The notes under the pieces were generated by a model that ran no database searches, had not been told where the DNA came from, and saw nothing but the letters and a program-made list of their open reading frames with translations. A stretch of 64,000 bases of DNA, from the NCBI GenBank assembly GCA_025449675.1, contig JANWIX010000074.1, forward strand, positions 29,926 to 93,925. The letters are read 5' to 3'. Of this stretch, positions 1-8,959 are shown piece by piece. The position numbers and the translations under genes are program-made. The stretch is from Nitrososphaera sp. (GTDB taxonomy: Archaea; Thermoproteota; Nitrososphaeria; Nitrososphaerales; Nitrososphaeraceae). Each line of letters begins with the position of its first letter. Within the stretch, counting starts at the first letter, position 1.

Positions 1-1310
1 TAGCTGGCCAAAGCCAAGGTAATAGCCACAGCTCCTGATACCATCGTGACACTATCGAACTGCGTCAGCATAGCCAACGAAGTTATGAATCCAAATCCTG
101 CAATTACCGGAAAGTTGCCGATTCTAATCGGAACCTTAAATGGCCTCTGGAGCTCGGGTTGTTTGTACCTGAGCCAGATAAGGGCCAAGTTCACCAATGC
201 ATACACAATAAATATTCCAAATACCGCGATATTGGCGACGGCAGAAATGCTGCCTTGAGAAAACGCAACAACTGTTACGACAAGAAGCATCGTGACAATG
301 ACAGCAATCCAAGGGGTCTTTGTCGACGGGTGGATTCTGGCAAGTGCAGGCGGCAATGCCTGATCTCGTGCCATTCCAAACATTATCCTGGACCCCGCGA
401 TTAACATCATCAAAACCGTATTGGATGTGGCAAAGAGAGCTATTCCAGATAGGACCGTCAAGCCTGTCCTTCCAAAGGCCTTCTCTGCCGCAAGAGCAAG
501 TGGAGCCTCCGTCAACGATAACTCCTCCCAACCTACAAGTGCTATTGCTGATACGGCAACAATGATGTAGACTGCAGTGGTAATGGCAATTGAGATCATG
601 AGGGCCCTCGGGATTGTCCGCGATGCGTTCTTGGCCTCTTCCGAAATATTGGCTAGATTTTCAAACCCGAAATAGGCAAAAAATGCTAGACCGGCAGCAC
701 CCAAAATGGCTCCCACTGAAAGCGAAAAAGATGTCCCCACCGTAAGAGGCATTGCATAATAGTCAACTTCTGAAAATGAGCCGAAGAGTGCGGCCGCCAC
801 AACTATGATGGCAAGACCTGCCAGCTCTACAAGCGTAAACACGGTGTTCATCCATACCGATTCTCTGATGCCTATGAAGTTGATCATCGACAGCGCCAAG
901 ATCAGTGCGACAGCCGATAACACCGGATCAAGCTGAGGAAAGAGGCCTGATAGATATCCAGAAAAGCCTATAGCTACGGCACCCGCCGACACTATCGCCA
1001 CAAAGGTGATCAGCCAGCCCGCAACAAATGCTGCTAGGTTACTCTTGAAGGCATTCTTGACGAATACGTATTCGGCGGCGCTTTTTGGGAACATCGAAGT
1101 CAGCTCGGCGTAGCTGAGCCCGGTAAAGGCAGCTATGGCTGCGGCTATCATGAAGGACAACCACATCGCATTCCCGGCGACTCCCGCCACGTCACCAATG
1201 AGCACGTAAATGCCGGCGCCCAGTATCAGTCCCACGCCGTACATGATGGCCTGAAAAAGGCTGACGTTTCGCTTCAGGCTTGGCTCTTTGTCTTTCCCTG
1301 CCTTCAACAT
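1..1310 (-). CDS. APC family amino acid permease (3' end outside window)
   Basis: Not in ORF track. Manual translation from ATG 1310: MLKAGKDKEPSLKRNVSLFQAIMYGVGLILGAGIYV..., the typical APC TM1 GAGIY motif; hydrophobic throughout. Confidence 0.85.
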   Translation of the reverse strand, partial: MLKAGKDKEPSLKRNVSLFQAIMYGVGLILGAGIYVLIGDVAGVAGNAMWLSFMIAAAIAAFTGLSYAELTSMFPKSAAEYVFVKNAFKSNLAAFVAGWLITFVAIVSAGAVAIGFSGYLSGLFPQLDPVLSAVALILALSMINFIGIRESVWMNTVFTLVELAGLAIIVVAAALFGSFSEVDYYAMPLTVGTSFSLSVGAILGAAGLAFFAYFGFENLANISEEAKNASRTIPRALMISIAITTAVYIIVAVSAIALVGWEELSLTEAPLALAAEKAFGRTGLTVLSGIALFATSNTVLMMLIAGSRIMFGMARDQALPPALARIHPSTKTPWIAVIVTMLLVVTVVAFSQGSISAVANIAVFGIFIVYALVNLALIWLRYKQPELQRPFKVPIRIGNFPVIAGFGFITSLAMLTQFDSVTMVSGAVAITLALAS

Positions 1311-1350
1311 GAACGATTTCTCTGGGAATCGCCATTATTTAACATAGGAT

Positions 1351-1359
1351 TGCACTGCA
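1351..1359. promoter_or_regulatory. TGCA-N-TGCA motif upstream of permease
   Basis: TGCACTGCA, about 8 bp upstream of TTAAATA (minus strand). Confidence 0.6.
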
Positions 1360-1412
1360 GCGCAGTGAACCGGAGGTCTGCGTTACACAGTAGAGCTTGA
1401 GGATCAGCCTTA

Positions 1413-1922
1413 TTACCTGTTACCCGGCAGCAGCATTTCATCCAGGACGAACTCGCTGAAGCGCTCGTAAACCGGCCTGTACTCAACGCTTAGACTCCCG
1501 CTGATGCTGGTAATTAGTGGCTGGCTCTTCATAATTGCTCTGAAAATGTCTTTATCGGTAATTATGCCCACCATCTTTTTCTCCCTGTCAACCACCGGCA
1601 GGCGTCGGAAATTGTTCAGTTCCATTGACTGGATTGCATCCTTTATTGAACTACTTTCGTCTATGGTAATGACCGGCTTGCTCATGATATCGCGCACTGG
1701 CATTTGCAAAGTCAACAACTCGGTGGTTCCTGCAACCCGGACTAGGTCCCTCTCGGTAATGATGCCTACGGGCTTGTCTGCTTCGGTTCCCTTGACTATT
1801 ACCAAGCTTCCGATGCCGTTCTCGTTCATGATCTTGGCAACCGCCTTTATAGTCTGGCTTTCCTTTGCAGTTTTCACTTCTTTGGTCATGATGCTCGCGA
1901 CTGTCACCGATTCGATGCTCAT
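1413..1922 (-). CDS. CBS domain pair protein
   Basis: VASIMT...GIITERDLV...RRLPVVD...GIITDKD; start MSIESV chosen. Confidence 0.9.
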   Translation of the reverse strand: MSIESVTVASIMTKEVKTAKESQTIKAVAKIMNENGIGSLVIVKGTEADKPVGIITERDLVRVAGTTELLTLQMPVRDIMSKPVITIDESSSIKDAIQSMELNNFRRLPVVDREKKMVGIITDKDIFRAIMKSQPLITSISGSLSVEYRPVYERFSEFVLDEMLLPGNR

Positions 1923-1967
1923 ACTGTAATTCGCCGCATGCATGATATTTTACGAGTAGGAATATTG

Positions 1968-1981
1968 TGCATGGCACTGCA
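1968..1981. promoter_or_regulatory. TGCA-repeat motif in divergent CBS/CBS promoter
   Basis: TGCATGGCACTGCA centred between two TATA-like boxes. Confidence 0.55.
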
Positions 1982-2021
1982 AACATGCACAATATATCAG
2001 CGCATCACGCCATTTCAATTC

Positions 2022-2585
2022 ATGGAGTCAGATTATCTTTCTCGGAAAGCTGAAGAAGTCGCGGAAACAAATCTGGTTGTGCTGGACGAGTCTGCCACTG
2101 TTGGTTATGCGGCAAAAGTCATGAAGAATAATGCAGTATCAAGCGTACTGGTAAGTAGGGATGGCTCGAAGCAGCCAATAGGCATTGTTACTGAACGGGA
2201 TATGCTTTATCGCGTCCTAGCTGACAACGTAGGACCATTCAAGGCAACTCTTGGAGAAGTAATGAGCTCTCCACTAGTCACAGTTGATGGAACAACTTCG
2301 GTTCTGGACGCTGTCATTCTGATGCGAAAGAAGGGCATTAGGCGGCTCCCCATAACAAAGGAGGGAGCGATAGTGGGTATACTGACCCTCCGGTCTGTCG
2401 TCGGAAATGCCTTTGGCAAGAACATAGAATTGGCCGATTTAGAACTACCTGAGAAGATCACAGAGTTCAAAATACTATGCCCCTATTGCCAATCAAGATT
2501 TGATAACAAGGAGGATCTATCGAAACATATTGACAGGTTGCATCTTGGCAGCGGGCTGCTGGAGGGAGACCTGCGCCAGTGGTGA
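2022..2585 (+). CDS. CBS domain pair protein with C-terminal C2H2 zinc finger
   Basis: GIVTERD, RRLPI; CPYC-x12-HIDRLH. Confidence 0.88.
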   Translation: MESDYLSRKAEEVAETNLVVLDESATVGYAAKVMKNNAVSSVLVSRDGSKQPIGIVTERDMLYRVLADNVGPFKATLGEVMSSPLVTVDGTTSVLDAVILMRKKGIRRLPITKEGAIVGILTLRSVVGNAFGKNIELADLELPEKITEFKILCPYCQSRFDNKEDLSKHIDRLHLGSGLLEGDLRQW

Positions 2586-2749
2586 AAGCTCACTGGGAAT
2601 TTACCTGCCATGATGTATTACATTCCTTTGTGGGCTTTGTGCAAAAAGTCGTGTTTGCTAAAGGCTTTTTGGTCAACGAAGGGACTTTTCGAACAAGCTC
2701 ATGAACATGCTCTGAAACGCCTTTTAAGAGGACAACCGTTGATACCGTT

Positions 2750-3166
2750 GTGAGCGAAAAAGCGCAAAAGTCAATAGATTTTGAAACACTGACAAAGCTC
2801 CTGAGAGACCGAATCGTAGTCAAGGTGGTTACACTCCTTGACATTGCCCGTCTCTCAATTCTTGAACTACTCGAATATGGGCTGACCAGGCAGGATGTCA
2901 ATCACGCGCTGGCAAGCGGCGCGATAGAGATAGTCAAGGAGACGATGCCAAAAACCGAGATCACATCGGCTGAAGGCTTGTTCGTTGCAGGGGACATTTA
3001 TTTCCACCAATATCTGAGCGGCAAGGTCAGGCTCACAGGATTGGGCCTATATCTATTGGATTGCATCAAGGGCTGCCAGACAGAACAGGAATTAATCGAG
3101 AAAGCGCAGAGAATGTTCGAGTCCGGGACATTCATGCCGCCAGAATCCCCCCACAGGCCAAGCTAG
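2750..3166 (+). CDS. hypothetical protein, possible winged-helix
   Basis: 138 aa ORF; VRLTGLG resembles a wHTH wing LTxxG. Confidence 0.6.
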   Translation: MSEKAQKSIDFETLTKLLRDRIVVKVVTLLDIARLSILELLEYGLTRQDVNHALASGAIEIVKETMPKTEITSAEGLFVAGDIYFHQYLSGKVRLTGLGLYLLDCIKGCQTEQELIEKAQRMFESGTFMPPESPHRPS

Positions 3167-3306
3167 TATCACGACACAGAAAAATGAATGCAAAGCTTAC
3201 ATCCAGCTTTACTTAGCAAGCGAGCGACTTATTTAACAAGAGCCGCTTTTTACACAAAGCCTCCTTAGTATAATGGTTTTTAAGGACGTCATGTAGCACG
3301 AACACT

Positions 3307-3921
3307 ATGGCTAGTCACGGCACAGATGGACCATCAGAAAGTGGCCTGCAACAGTCCAGGAAGACTCGCAGCGTCACGTTCAGAATAGATGCCTCTGTTA
3401 TTGACGAGCTCCAAACAGAGTCTGACAACAAGGAGATATCTCTCAATGTCATGGTCAACCAGATCTTGAAGAGGTATGCTGAATGGGATAGGTATGAAAA
3501 CAAGATTGGCATGATGCCAGTCCCAAAGGTCATTCTTTCCGGTCTCATAGAGACGAGCATGACGATGGCAAAGCGTGCCGGGGTCAAGGATCTGGATAGC
3601 TACAGAAGTGAGATCGCAAAGCAGGCCGCCAACATCGCCTTTGATTTGATGAAAGATTCAGTGCTCTATATGAAAAAACGGTACAACCTCTGGGTGGTTT
3701 TGTCCGTTCTTGAGGAATATATGAAGGTCTCGGGGATTAAAGCCGATCACAAGATTGAGGGTTCACGCAAACATGTCTTTGTAATACAGCATGATCTCGG
3801 AGAGGACTGGTCACTTTTTACGAAAGAACTGCTGCGTCTGATATTTGAAAATTTGGCCAACGTAAAAGCAGAGATCAGTATTACGCCAAACACAACAGTC
3901 GCCGAAGTCGTGCTCAGATAG
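3307..3921 (+). CDS. ribbon-helix-helix domain protein (putative regulator)
   Basis: KTRSVTFRIDASVIDELQTESDNKEISLNVMVNQILKRY fits the RHH pattern. Confidence 0.75.
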   Translation: MASHGTDGPSESGLQQSRKTRSVTFRIDASVIDELQTESDNKEISLNVMVNQILKRYAEWDRYENKIGMMPVPKVILSGLIETSMTMAKRAGVKDLDSYRSEIAKQAANIAFDLMKDSVLYMKKRYNLWVVLSVLEEYMKVSGIKADHKIEGSRKHVFVIQHDLGEDWSLFTKELLRLIFENLANVKAEISITPNTTVAEVVLR

Positions 3922-3944
3922 GCAAATCTTAGCCCAAGTAGCAT

Positions 3945-3953
3945 TGCAGTGCA
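3945..3953. promoter_or_regulatory. TGCA-N-TGCA motif
   Basis: (GCAT)TGCAGTGCA upstream of SnoaL-like gene. Confidence 0.55.
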
Positions 3954-4038
3954 AACCTACTTGTTATCTATCTTGATTGCATGGGTATCAACATCAAGAA
4001 CGTGAATAGGGTGATCGGATATTAGAGTGAAACAAAGA

Positions 4039-4401
4039 ATGCCGTGGAGCAACGAAGACCTGGTATTCCAGTACTTCAAGTTAATTGAGAATAAAGACAT
4101 AGACGGTATTCTAGATCTTTTCGATTATGACGCGGTTGTCACAGAGCCATTCAGCAAATCCAAAGAACTGCGCGGCAAGGCTTCAATCGAACCTTTCCTC
4201 AAGGTGGCAGCGATGGCTAACAGCGGACTCGACCGTAAGATCAAAATTGAAAAATCCGCAAACGGTAAAACTGATCCGGACAAATTAATAGCCCTAATCA
4301 CATTCGAAAAGGGTGACAATACAAAGGCGCGATTTACATTCGGGATCGCGAACAGCGATGGTGCGAGAAAGATCAAGTCCATGCGCATCGAGTTTGTTTA
4401 G
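4039..4401 (+). CDS. NTF2/SnoaL-like protein
   Basis: YFKLIENKDIDGILDLFDYDAVVTEP...RGKASIEPF. Confidence 0.75.
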   Translation: MPWSNEDLVFQYFKLIENKDIDGILDLFDYDAVVTEPFSKSKELRGKASIEPFLKVAAMANSGLDRKIKIEKSANGKTDPDKLIALITFEKGDNTKARFTFGIANSDGARKIKSMRIEFV

Positions 4402-4458
4402 CGGCTCGAAATCATTTCTAAGCTGGGCAGATATCTAAAGTCCCGGGGCAGTTCTGCA

Positions 4459-4917
4459 TCAATGTACGACCATTACTGGACATCGAGCTATATCTGATAC
4501 TCTTCTTGCCACGCTTCCCAATATATTCAAACTATCCTTGCCCAGCCGTCGACTGCCCATTACTATCAGATCAGCTTTTTCGTTCTTTGCCATCAACAAT
4601 ATCTCTTCTGCGGGCGAGCCTATACCGAGCAAGAATCTTGCACGTACTCCTGCATCCTTAACCTTTGACATCCTGTCCTTTAGCATCGATTCTGCCCCCG
4701 TCTTTAGAATTCTTATAAGCTGAATTTTTGCATCCTCAAATGACGTCTTTTCGCTTACGAAGCTCAGGCTGTAGTCAGATGGAATGAACCTGTTATCAAC
4801 TATGTGCACGATTGTTATGTCTGCTCCCAAGGCTTTAGCGAACTCTGTAGCCTTGCTCAAGGCGATATCCGACATTTCAGTCCCATCATGCGGCACCAAA
4901 ATTTTCGATGTGGGCAT
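4459..4917 (-). CDS. universal stress protein (UspA family)
   Basis: KILVPHDGT...ADLIVMGSR...LGSVARRV...CPVMVV. Confidence 0.92.
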   Translation of the reverse strand: MPTSKILVPHDGTEMSDIALSKATEFAKALGADITIVHIVDNRFIPSDYSLSFVSEKTSFEDAKIQLIRILKTGAESMLKDRMSKVKDAGVRARFLLGIGSPAEEILLMAKNEKADLIVMGSRRLGKDSLNILGSVARRVSDIARCPVMVVH

Positions 4918-4961
4918 GTAGCAGAAGAAAAACAGATCATATTTACGTTGAAAGGTTGTAG

Positions 4962-4975
4962 TGCATTGCACTGCA
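4962..4975. promoter_or_regulatory. triple TGCA motif in divergent usp/cupredoxin promoter
   Basis: TGCATTGCACTGCA; TTTATA at 4987-4992. Confidence 0.65.
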
Positions 4976-5015
4976 AGCTGCTTCTTTTTATAATGCCAGC
5001 GTACTTCGTGGCATT

Positions 5016-5885
5016 ATGGGTATTACAAATTTGACGTTGGTTGTTGCTGGGCTAATCGCCTCAGGTGGATTCTCTCTGGTTGCTTATGGACAAGAGGAAG
5101 TACGGGGAACTTATGTAGTCGATATTCCGGCAGGCGCGTATCAGGCCGGTGCAGATCATTACGTTCCAGCAAACATTGCCATCCCCGCGGGGACCACGAT
5201 AGCATGGTTCAATGATGATCCAAACCAGCCACATACTGTTACAAGCGGATTACCCAATTCCAATAATTCGGGCACTGAATTTGACTCAGGGGTCATGAGC
5301 GTAGGTGCTTTCTTCCAGCACACATTTGATGATGCGGGAGAATTCGACTACTATTGTACAATCCATCCGGGCATGATGGGCAGGGTGTCCGTAAGCACAG
5401 CGATGTGGGAAGGACACCACTTCAACGTCGGCATGGGCGCTGGTGCCTCGTTTGACTTTACGAAGAATGAGCGGTCACTTATCTTCATCGAACCAACCTC
5501 GCTAGAGATCCCGGAAGACGAGCCAGTGACATACGAACTGGCAATAATGAAGAATGGTGAAGAGGTTTTCTCTGACGAATTCCGCACACTCGGCGGACTC
5601 TTGTATGTTGAGCTAGTGCCTACAGATGGCGAAACTAGGATCTTAGGTCCTGACGTTAGTGATCCAATTATTGGAGCCTATCATATCGAAGGTAGCTTCC
5701 TTAAGGACAACGCAGCCTACACGATCAGGCCGGAAATAACCCTCCTGTTCGACCAGCCCCCAGAAGAGGAGATCGCAGACGAGTTCAGCATTCAGATAGT
5801 GCCAGAGTTTCCATTGAGCATACTGGTTCCTATTGCGGCTGGCATTGGCGCATCAATAATCGCTGGCAGAAGGCTACGCAAGTAG
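5016..5885 (+). CDS. plastocyanin/azurin-like blue copper protein with PEF(G)-CTERM anchor
   Basis: Signal peptide; HTVTSG and YYCTIHPGM type-1 Cu ligands; VPEFP + TM + basic tail. Confidence 0.88.
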   Translation: MGITNLTLVVAGLIASGGFSLVAYGQEEVRGTYVVDIPAGAYQAGADHYVPANIAIPAGTTIAWFNDDPNQPHTVTSGLPNSNNSGTEFDSGVMSVGAFFQHTFDDAGEFDYYCTIHPGMMGRVSVSTAMWEGHHFNVGMGAGASFDFTKNERSLIFIEPTSLEIPEDEPVTYELAIMKNGEEVFSDEFRTLGGLLYVELVPTDGETRILGPDVSDPIIGAYHIEGSFLKDNAAYTIRPEITLLFDQPPEEEIADEFSIQIVPEFPLSILVPIAAGIGASIIAGRRLRK

Positions 5886-5946
5886 CCCTGCACATTCTTT
5901 CTCTCGTGTAAGGCAACATTGCACGACTGATGTGAGTGTATTGTAA

Positions 5947-5955
5947 TGCAGTGCA
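5947..5955. promoter_or_regulatory. TGCA-N-TGCA motif upstream of hsp20
   Basis: TGTATTGTAATGCAGTGCA followed by TTTTCATATAT. Confidence 0.62.
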
Positions 5956-5994
5956 CTCCTACTTTTCATATATGTAAACGTTGCCAGATATTGC

Positions 5995-6504
5995 ATGACA
6001 AAATCTGGCAAAATTGTCAAGAGAGAAGAGAATAGGCAAATACGGCATCTCGATGATGTCTTTGAGAATTTCAGAAGAGAAATAGAAAACACGATAAGAC
6101 CTTGGTCAATGCGATTCGGATTCCCTTCGCTGTTTGATCCAGGATTCCCTTCGCTCCTTGATCGGGAGGGCGTTAGGCTGCCGTTGTGTGATATGGTAGA
6201 TAAGGGAAATCGATACGAGCTTCATCTGGAAATTCCAGGGATAGACAAAGAAAAACTTAACGTCAAGGCAACAAGCAATTCAGTAGAAGTGTCTGCAGAA
6301 AAGTCAGAACGGTCTGAAGAAAAAAGAAAGGGCTATATCTACAGTGAAAGGTCGCAAAGCTCATTTTATCGCATGATACCTGTCCCCGAAGAGATAGTGC
6401 CGTCAAAGGTAAATGCCAAATTCAATAACGGTATACTGACAGTGGATCTTCCCAAAAAGAATCTGTCCAAGGCTAAGCAAGCAACAAGGATTGACGTAAA
6501 GTGA
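5995..6504 (+). CDS. Hsp20/alpha-crystallin small heat shock protein
   Basis: LEIPGIDKEKLNV...ERSQSSFYRMIPVPEEI...AKFNNGILTVDLPK. Confidence 0.93.
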   Translation: MTKSGKIVKREENRQIRHLDDVFENFRREIENTIRPWSMRFGFPSLFDPGFPSLLDREGVRLPLCDMVDKGNRYELHLEIPGIDKEKLNVKATSNSVEVSAEKSERSEEKRKGYIYSERSQSSFYRMIPVPEEIVPSKVNAKFNNGILTVDLPKKNLSKAKQATRIDVK

Positions 6505-6659
6505 CAAGAATGCGAGCTGCGCACAGCTATCATGAAGCAAAACTTCACAGCCCGGAAACCTCTTGCGTAAAGTGCGGAACTGCCACCCCACACGTGTGCG
6601 AATGGTGTGGGGCTTGCTCTCCGTGCCACAAAGGTGCGATGGTAGAGAAACGCTACTGA
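6501..6659 (+). CDS. Cys-rich metal-binding microprotein
   Basis: Manual: (MTR)MRAAHSYHEAKLHSPETSCVKCGTATPHVCEWCGACSPCHKGAMVEKRY*; GTGA overlap with hsp20 stop. Confidence 0.6.
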   Translation: MTRMRAAHSYHEAKLHSPETSCVKCGTATPHVCEWCGACSPCHKGAMVEKRY

Positions 6660-6663
6660 ATAT

Positions 6664-7107
6664 TCAGATATCCAATACCGCCTTCAGGTAGCCGTAGCGG
6701 CTGTATTCAGCCGCGAGTATCTTCGCAAGTTTTCTTGCAATGTCTGTTATAGATAATACTCCTGCCAGGGACCCGTCCTGTTCTAGCACAATAAGCCTCT
6801 TGATCTTGTTTTTTGCCATGACTGCCGCAGCAGTTTCTATGGAATCGTATGCCTTGATTGTTACGACAGGAAACGACATGATATCCTGAACAGCTATGTC
6901 ACTCGGAGATTTGCTCAATGCTGCGGCCTTCTTGAGGATATCTCTTTCAGTTACGATTCCAATTGGTTTTTTATCAATATCTACAACTACGACAGAACCA
7001 ATTTTGTTCTTTATCATCAGCTTTATCGCATCCAGAGCTGACGGAGTTGATGCGACCTTTAGTGCGATGACATCTCTTGGTGACATTATTTCGCTGACTG
7101 CGCTCAT
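6664..7107 (-). CDS. CBS domain pair protein
   Basis: VSEIMS...GIVTERDIL...KRLIVL...GVLSITDI. Confidence 0.9.
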   Translation of the reverse strand: MSAVSEIMSPRDVIALKVASTPSALDAIKLMIKNKIGSVVVVDIDKKPIGIVTERDILKKAAALSKSPSDIAVQDIMSFPVVTIKAYDSIETAAAVMAKNKIKRLIVLEQDGSLAGVLSITDIARKLAKILAAEYSRYGYLKAVLDI

Positions 7108-7298
7108 TTATCACACCTTTTCATGAAATAGTACGGAGGCCAGAAAAATGCTGCCCAAGGACAGTATGTGAAGAACAAAACCGATGCAATGGTCATTTTG
7201 TAGATCCAATCGGTTAATACCGACGTATACCACTCGAACAATTCATTTTCTGATTCCCTTTTCTTCTTTTCAATCGACGATACCGATTCTTCACTCAT
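7104..7298 (-). CDS. small hypothetical membrane protein
   Basis: 64 aa, aromatic-rich; ATGA overlap with CBS gene. Confidence 0.45.
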   Translation of the reverse strand: MSEESVSSIEKKKRESENELFEWYTSVLTDWIYKMTIASVLFFTYCPWAAFFWPPYYFMKRCDK

Positions 7299-7399
7299 TA
7301 GCTGGCAATTGGCGCCTTTGATTCTTAATTACTATGTTTGCAGAGCCACGCGCTGTACTCTTTGTCGATAATAACACGTGAAGCGATGAATCAGCTGTT

Positions 7400-7999
7400 A
7401 TGAGCAGCGGAATGGGGTTGATCGCACCTAATGGTACCTGGACCAAGAGGTTCATGGCTGCGGCTATTGCGCAAGGCGCCATTGTTGCCGGACTTGTTGT
7501 CTTTCTAGTGCTAAGTCAAGTGTCTTTCATAAAGCCTGAGGTGTCCAGAGTGATGGCAGCAGGTGGCGCAGGGACATGGTTTACGTTTGGCCTTGTGATG
7601 TACATAGTCGTCGGTGTAATAGGAGTGGCGCTATCGGCGCTTTTCTATCACTATCTTGAAAACGTGCTTGGAAAGAACATCGGTGTAGTCACCAAAGCCC
7701 TGGCTTGGACCCATCTTGTCTTGATGAATATTGGAACATTTGCCGCGATGGCGCTGTTCATGTATGCAGGTTATCTTGGTGGCGCCTCAATGTTACCAGA
7801 GAATGTTGGAGGACAGGGTTTCAACGCAGGGCAGACACATGAGTTGCTGGCGCCTTTCGTAGAACCGATATCGATTGCTCTACTGGCAATTGTCGCTGGA
7901 GTTGTATCAGGAGGAATGGTTTTCCTTGTGGCCTACAGGTCACAGGATCGTCCAAAGACTCCGGCGGGAAATGCCTCAAAGGAGGCTAGAGCCACTTGA
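7400..7999 (+). CDS. multi-TM membrane protein
   Basis: About 4 TM helices; WTHLVLMNIG reminiscent of a heme-copper oxidase subunit I-like helix. Confidence 0.7.
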   Translation: MSSGMGLIAPNGTWTKRFMAAAIAQGAIVAGLVVFLVLSQVSFIKPEVSRVMAAGGAGTWFTFGLVMYIVVGVIGVALSALFYHYLENVLGKNIGVVTKALAWTHLVLMNIGTFAAMALFMYAGYLGGASMLPENVGGQGFNAGQTHELLAPFVEPISIALLAIVAGVVSGGMVFLVAYRSQDRPKTPAGNASKEARAT

Positions 8000-8622
8000 A
8001 AAGTGCGCCTCCAGAGGAACAGGAATCAAGAAAGAAAAGCACGATAGTCAATCTCTACCGTTACTCCGATCTTTCTGTTGAAGCTATAGCTCAGCAGGTT
8101 GACATTGACGCAAGAGAAGTCCGCAAGATTGTAGACAGGCTGGTGAAAGCTGAAGCGCTGGAAGTGCTCGTAGACCAGAGCACGACGAATGTCTGTAAAA
8201 TAATGACTTCAATAGTGAGAACTCTCGATACTTCAGAAACTGTGCACGAAGCGGCGGTCCTGATGTCTGACAACCAGATAGGCAGCATCATAGTGACAAA
8301 AGACAGCAAACCGTTTGGAATAGTTACAGAAAGCGATATCGTGCGGTGGGCTGCCTTGGGTAAGGAGTTTTTTCTGGCCAGACTTGAAGATCTGACTTCC
8401 CGGCCCCTCGTTACAGCAGGGTGCGGAATATCAGTCGAAGAAGCGGCTAGGATAATGTTAAGCAACCGGATCCACAGGCTGCCAATAGTACAAGACGACA
8501 AGCTTTTGGGCATAGTTACTATTACTGACTTGGCGATGTTTCTCTCGCCTTCTAGAAGACCGGGGCTGGCTTTGTCCGTATTCCAGGCAATGTCTAGGGG
8601 AAGAAAGAAGCAGACTAAGTGA
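7996..8622 (+). CDS. HTH + CBS domain pair protein (putative nucleotide-sensing regulator)
   Basis: LSVEAIAQQVDIDAREVRKIVDRL HTH; GIVTESD, HRLPIV CBS; overlaps upstream stop. Confidence 0.82.
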   Translation: MKSAPPEEQESRKKSTIVNLYRYSDLSVEAIAQQVDIDAREVRKIVDRLVKAEALEVLVDQSTTNVCKIMTSIVRTLDTSETVHEAAVLMSDNQIGSIIVTKDSKPFGIVTESDIVRWAALGKEFFLARLEDLTSRPLVTAGCGISVEEAARIMLSNRIHRLPIVQDDKLLGIVTITDLAMFLSPSRRPGLALSVFQAMSRGRKKQTK

Positions 8623-8721
8623 TTTGAAGATTGGAGTATCTGGATCATGCAGGTGCAGTGTCATGCATTGAAATCCCGGTCGTTAAGTACATGATCATCA
8701 GCTCTAATGTAACGGTGATAT

Positions 8722-8952
8722 TTGCAAGCGCTAAAACGGCTTGAGCCAATCTTTACGGACACTCAATACGACATAACAAAACAAGTGCAAAAGAAGCTCG
8801 AATTTCTATGGCATGTCGATGGCTACATCAGCGATGCAGAAAGAGATGGAGATCGCGATGCGGCAGAGGTATTCCGTCAAATAAAATCTGATGAACAAAA
8901 ACATGCTCAGATGTTGAAAGAGCTTGTGATGCGCTTTCGGATAACCATGTGA
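8722..8952 (+). CDS. small ferritin-like two-helix protein
   Basis: YISDAERDGDRDAAEVFRQIKSDEQKHAQML (ExxH). Confidence 0.7.
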   Translation: MQALKRLEPIFTDTQYDITKQVQKKLEFLWHVDGYISDAERDGDRDAAEVFRQIKSDEQKHAQMLKELVMRFRITM

Positions 8953-8959
8953 TAAGTGT

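Noticed and set aside
46-565. Short ORFs in the track (46-258, 136-531, 159-404, 320-565)
   Set aside because: Shadows of the minus-strand APC permease, which the track missed because its stop lies outside the window.
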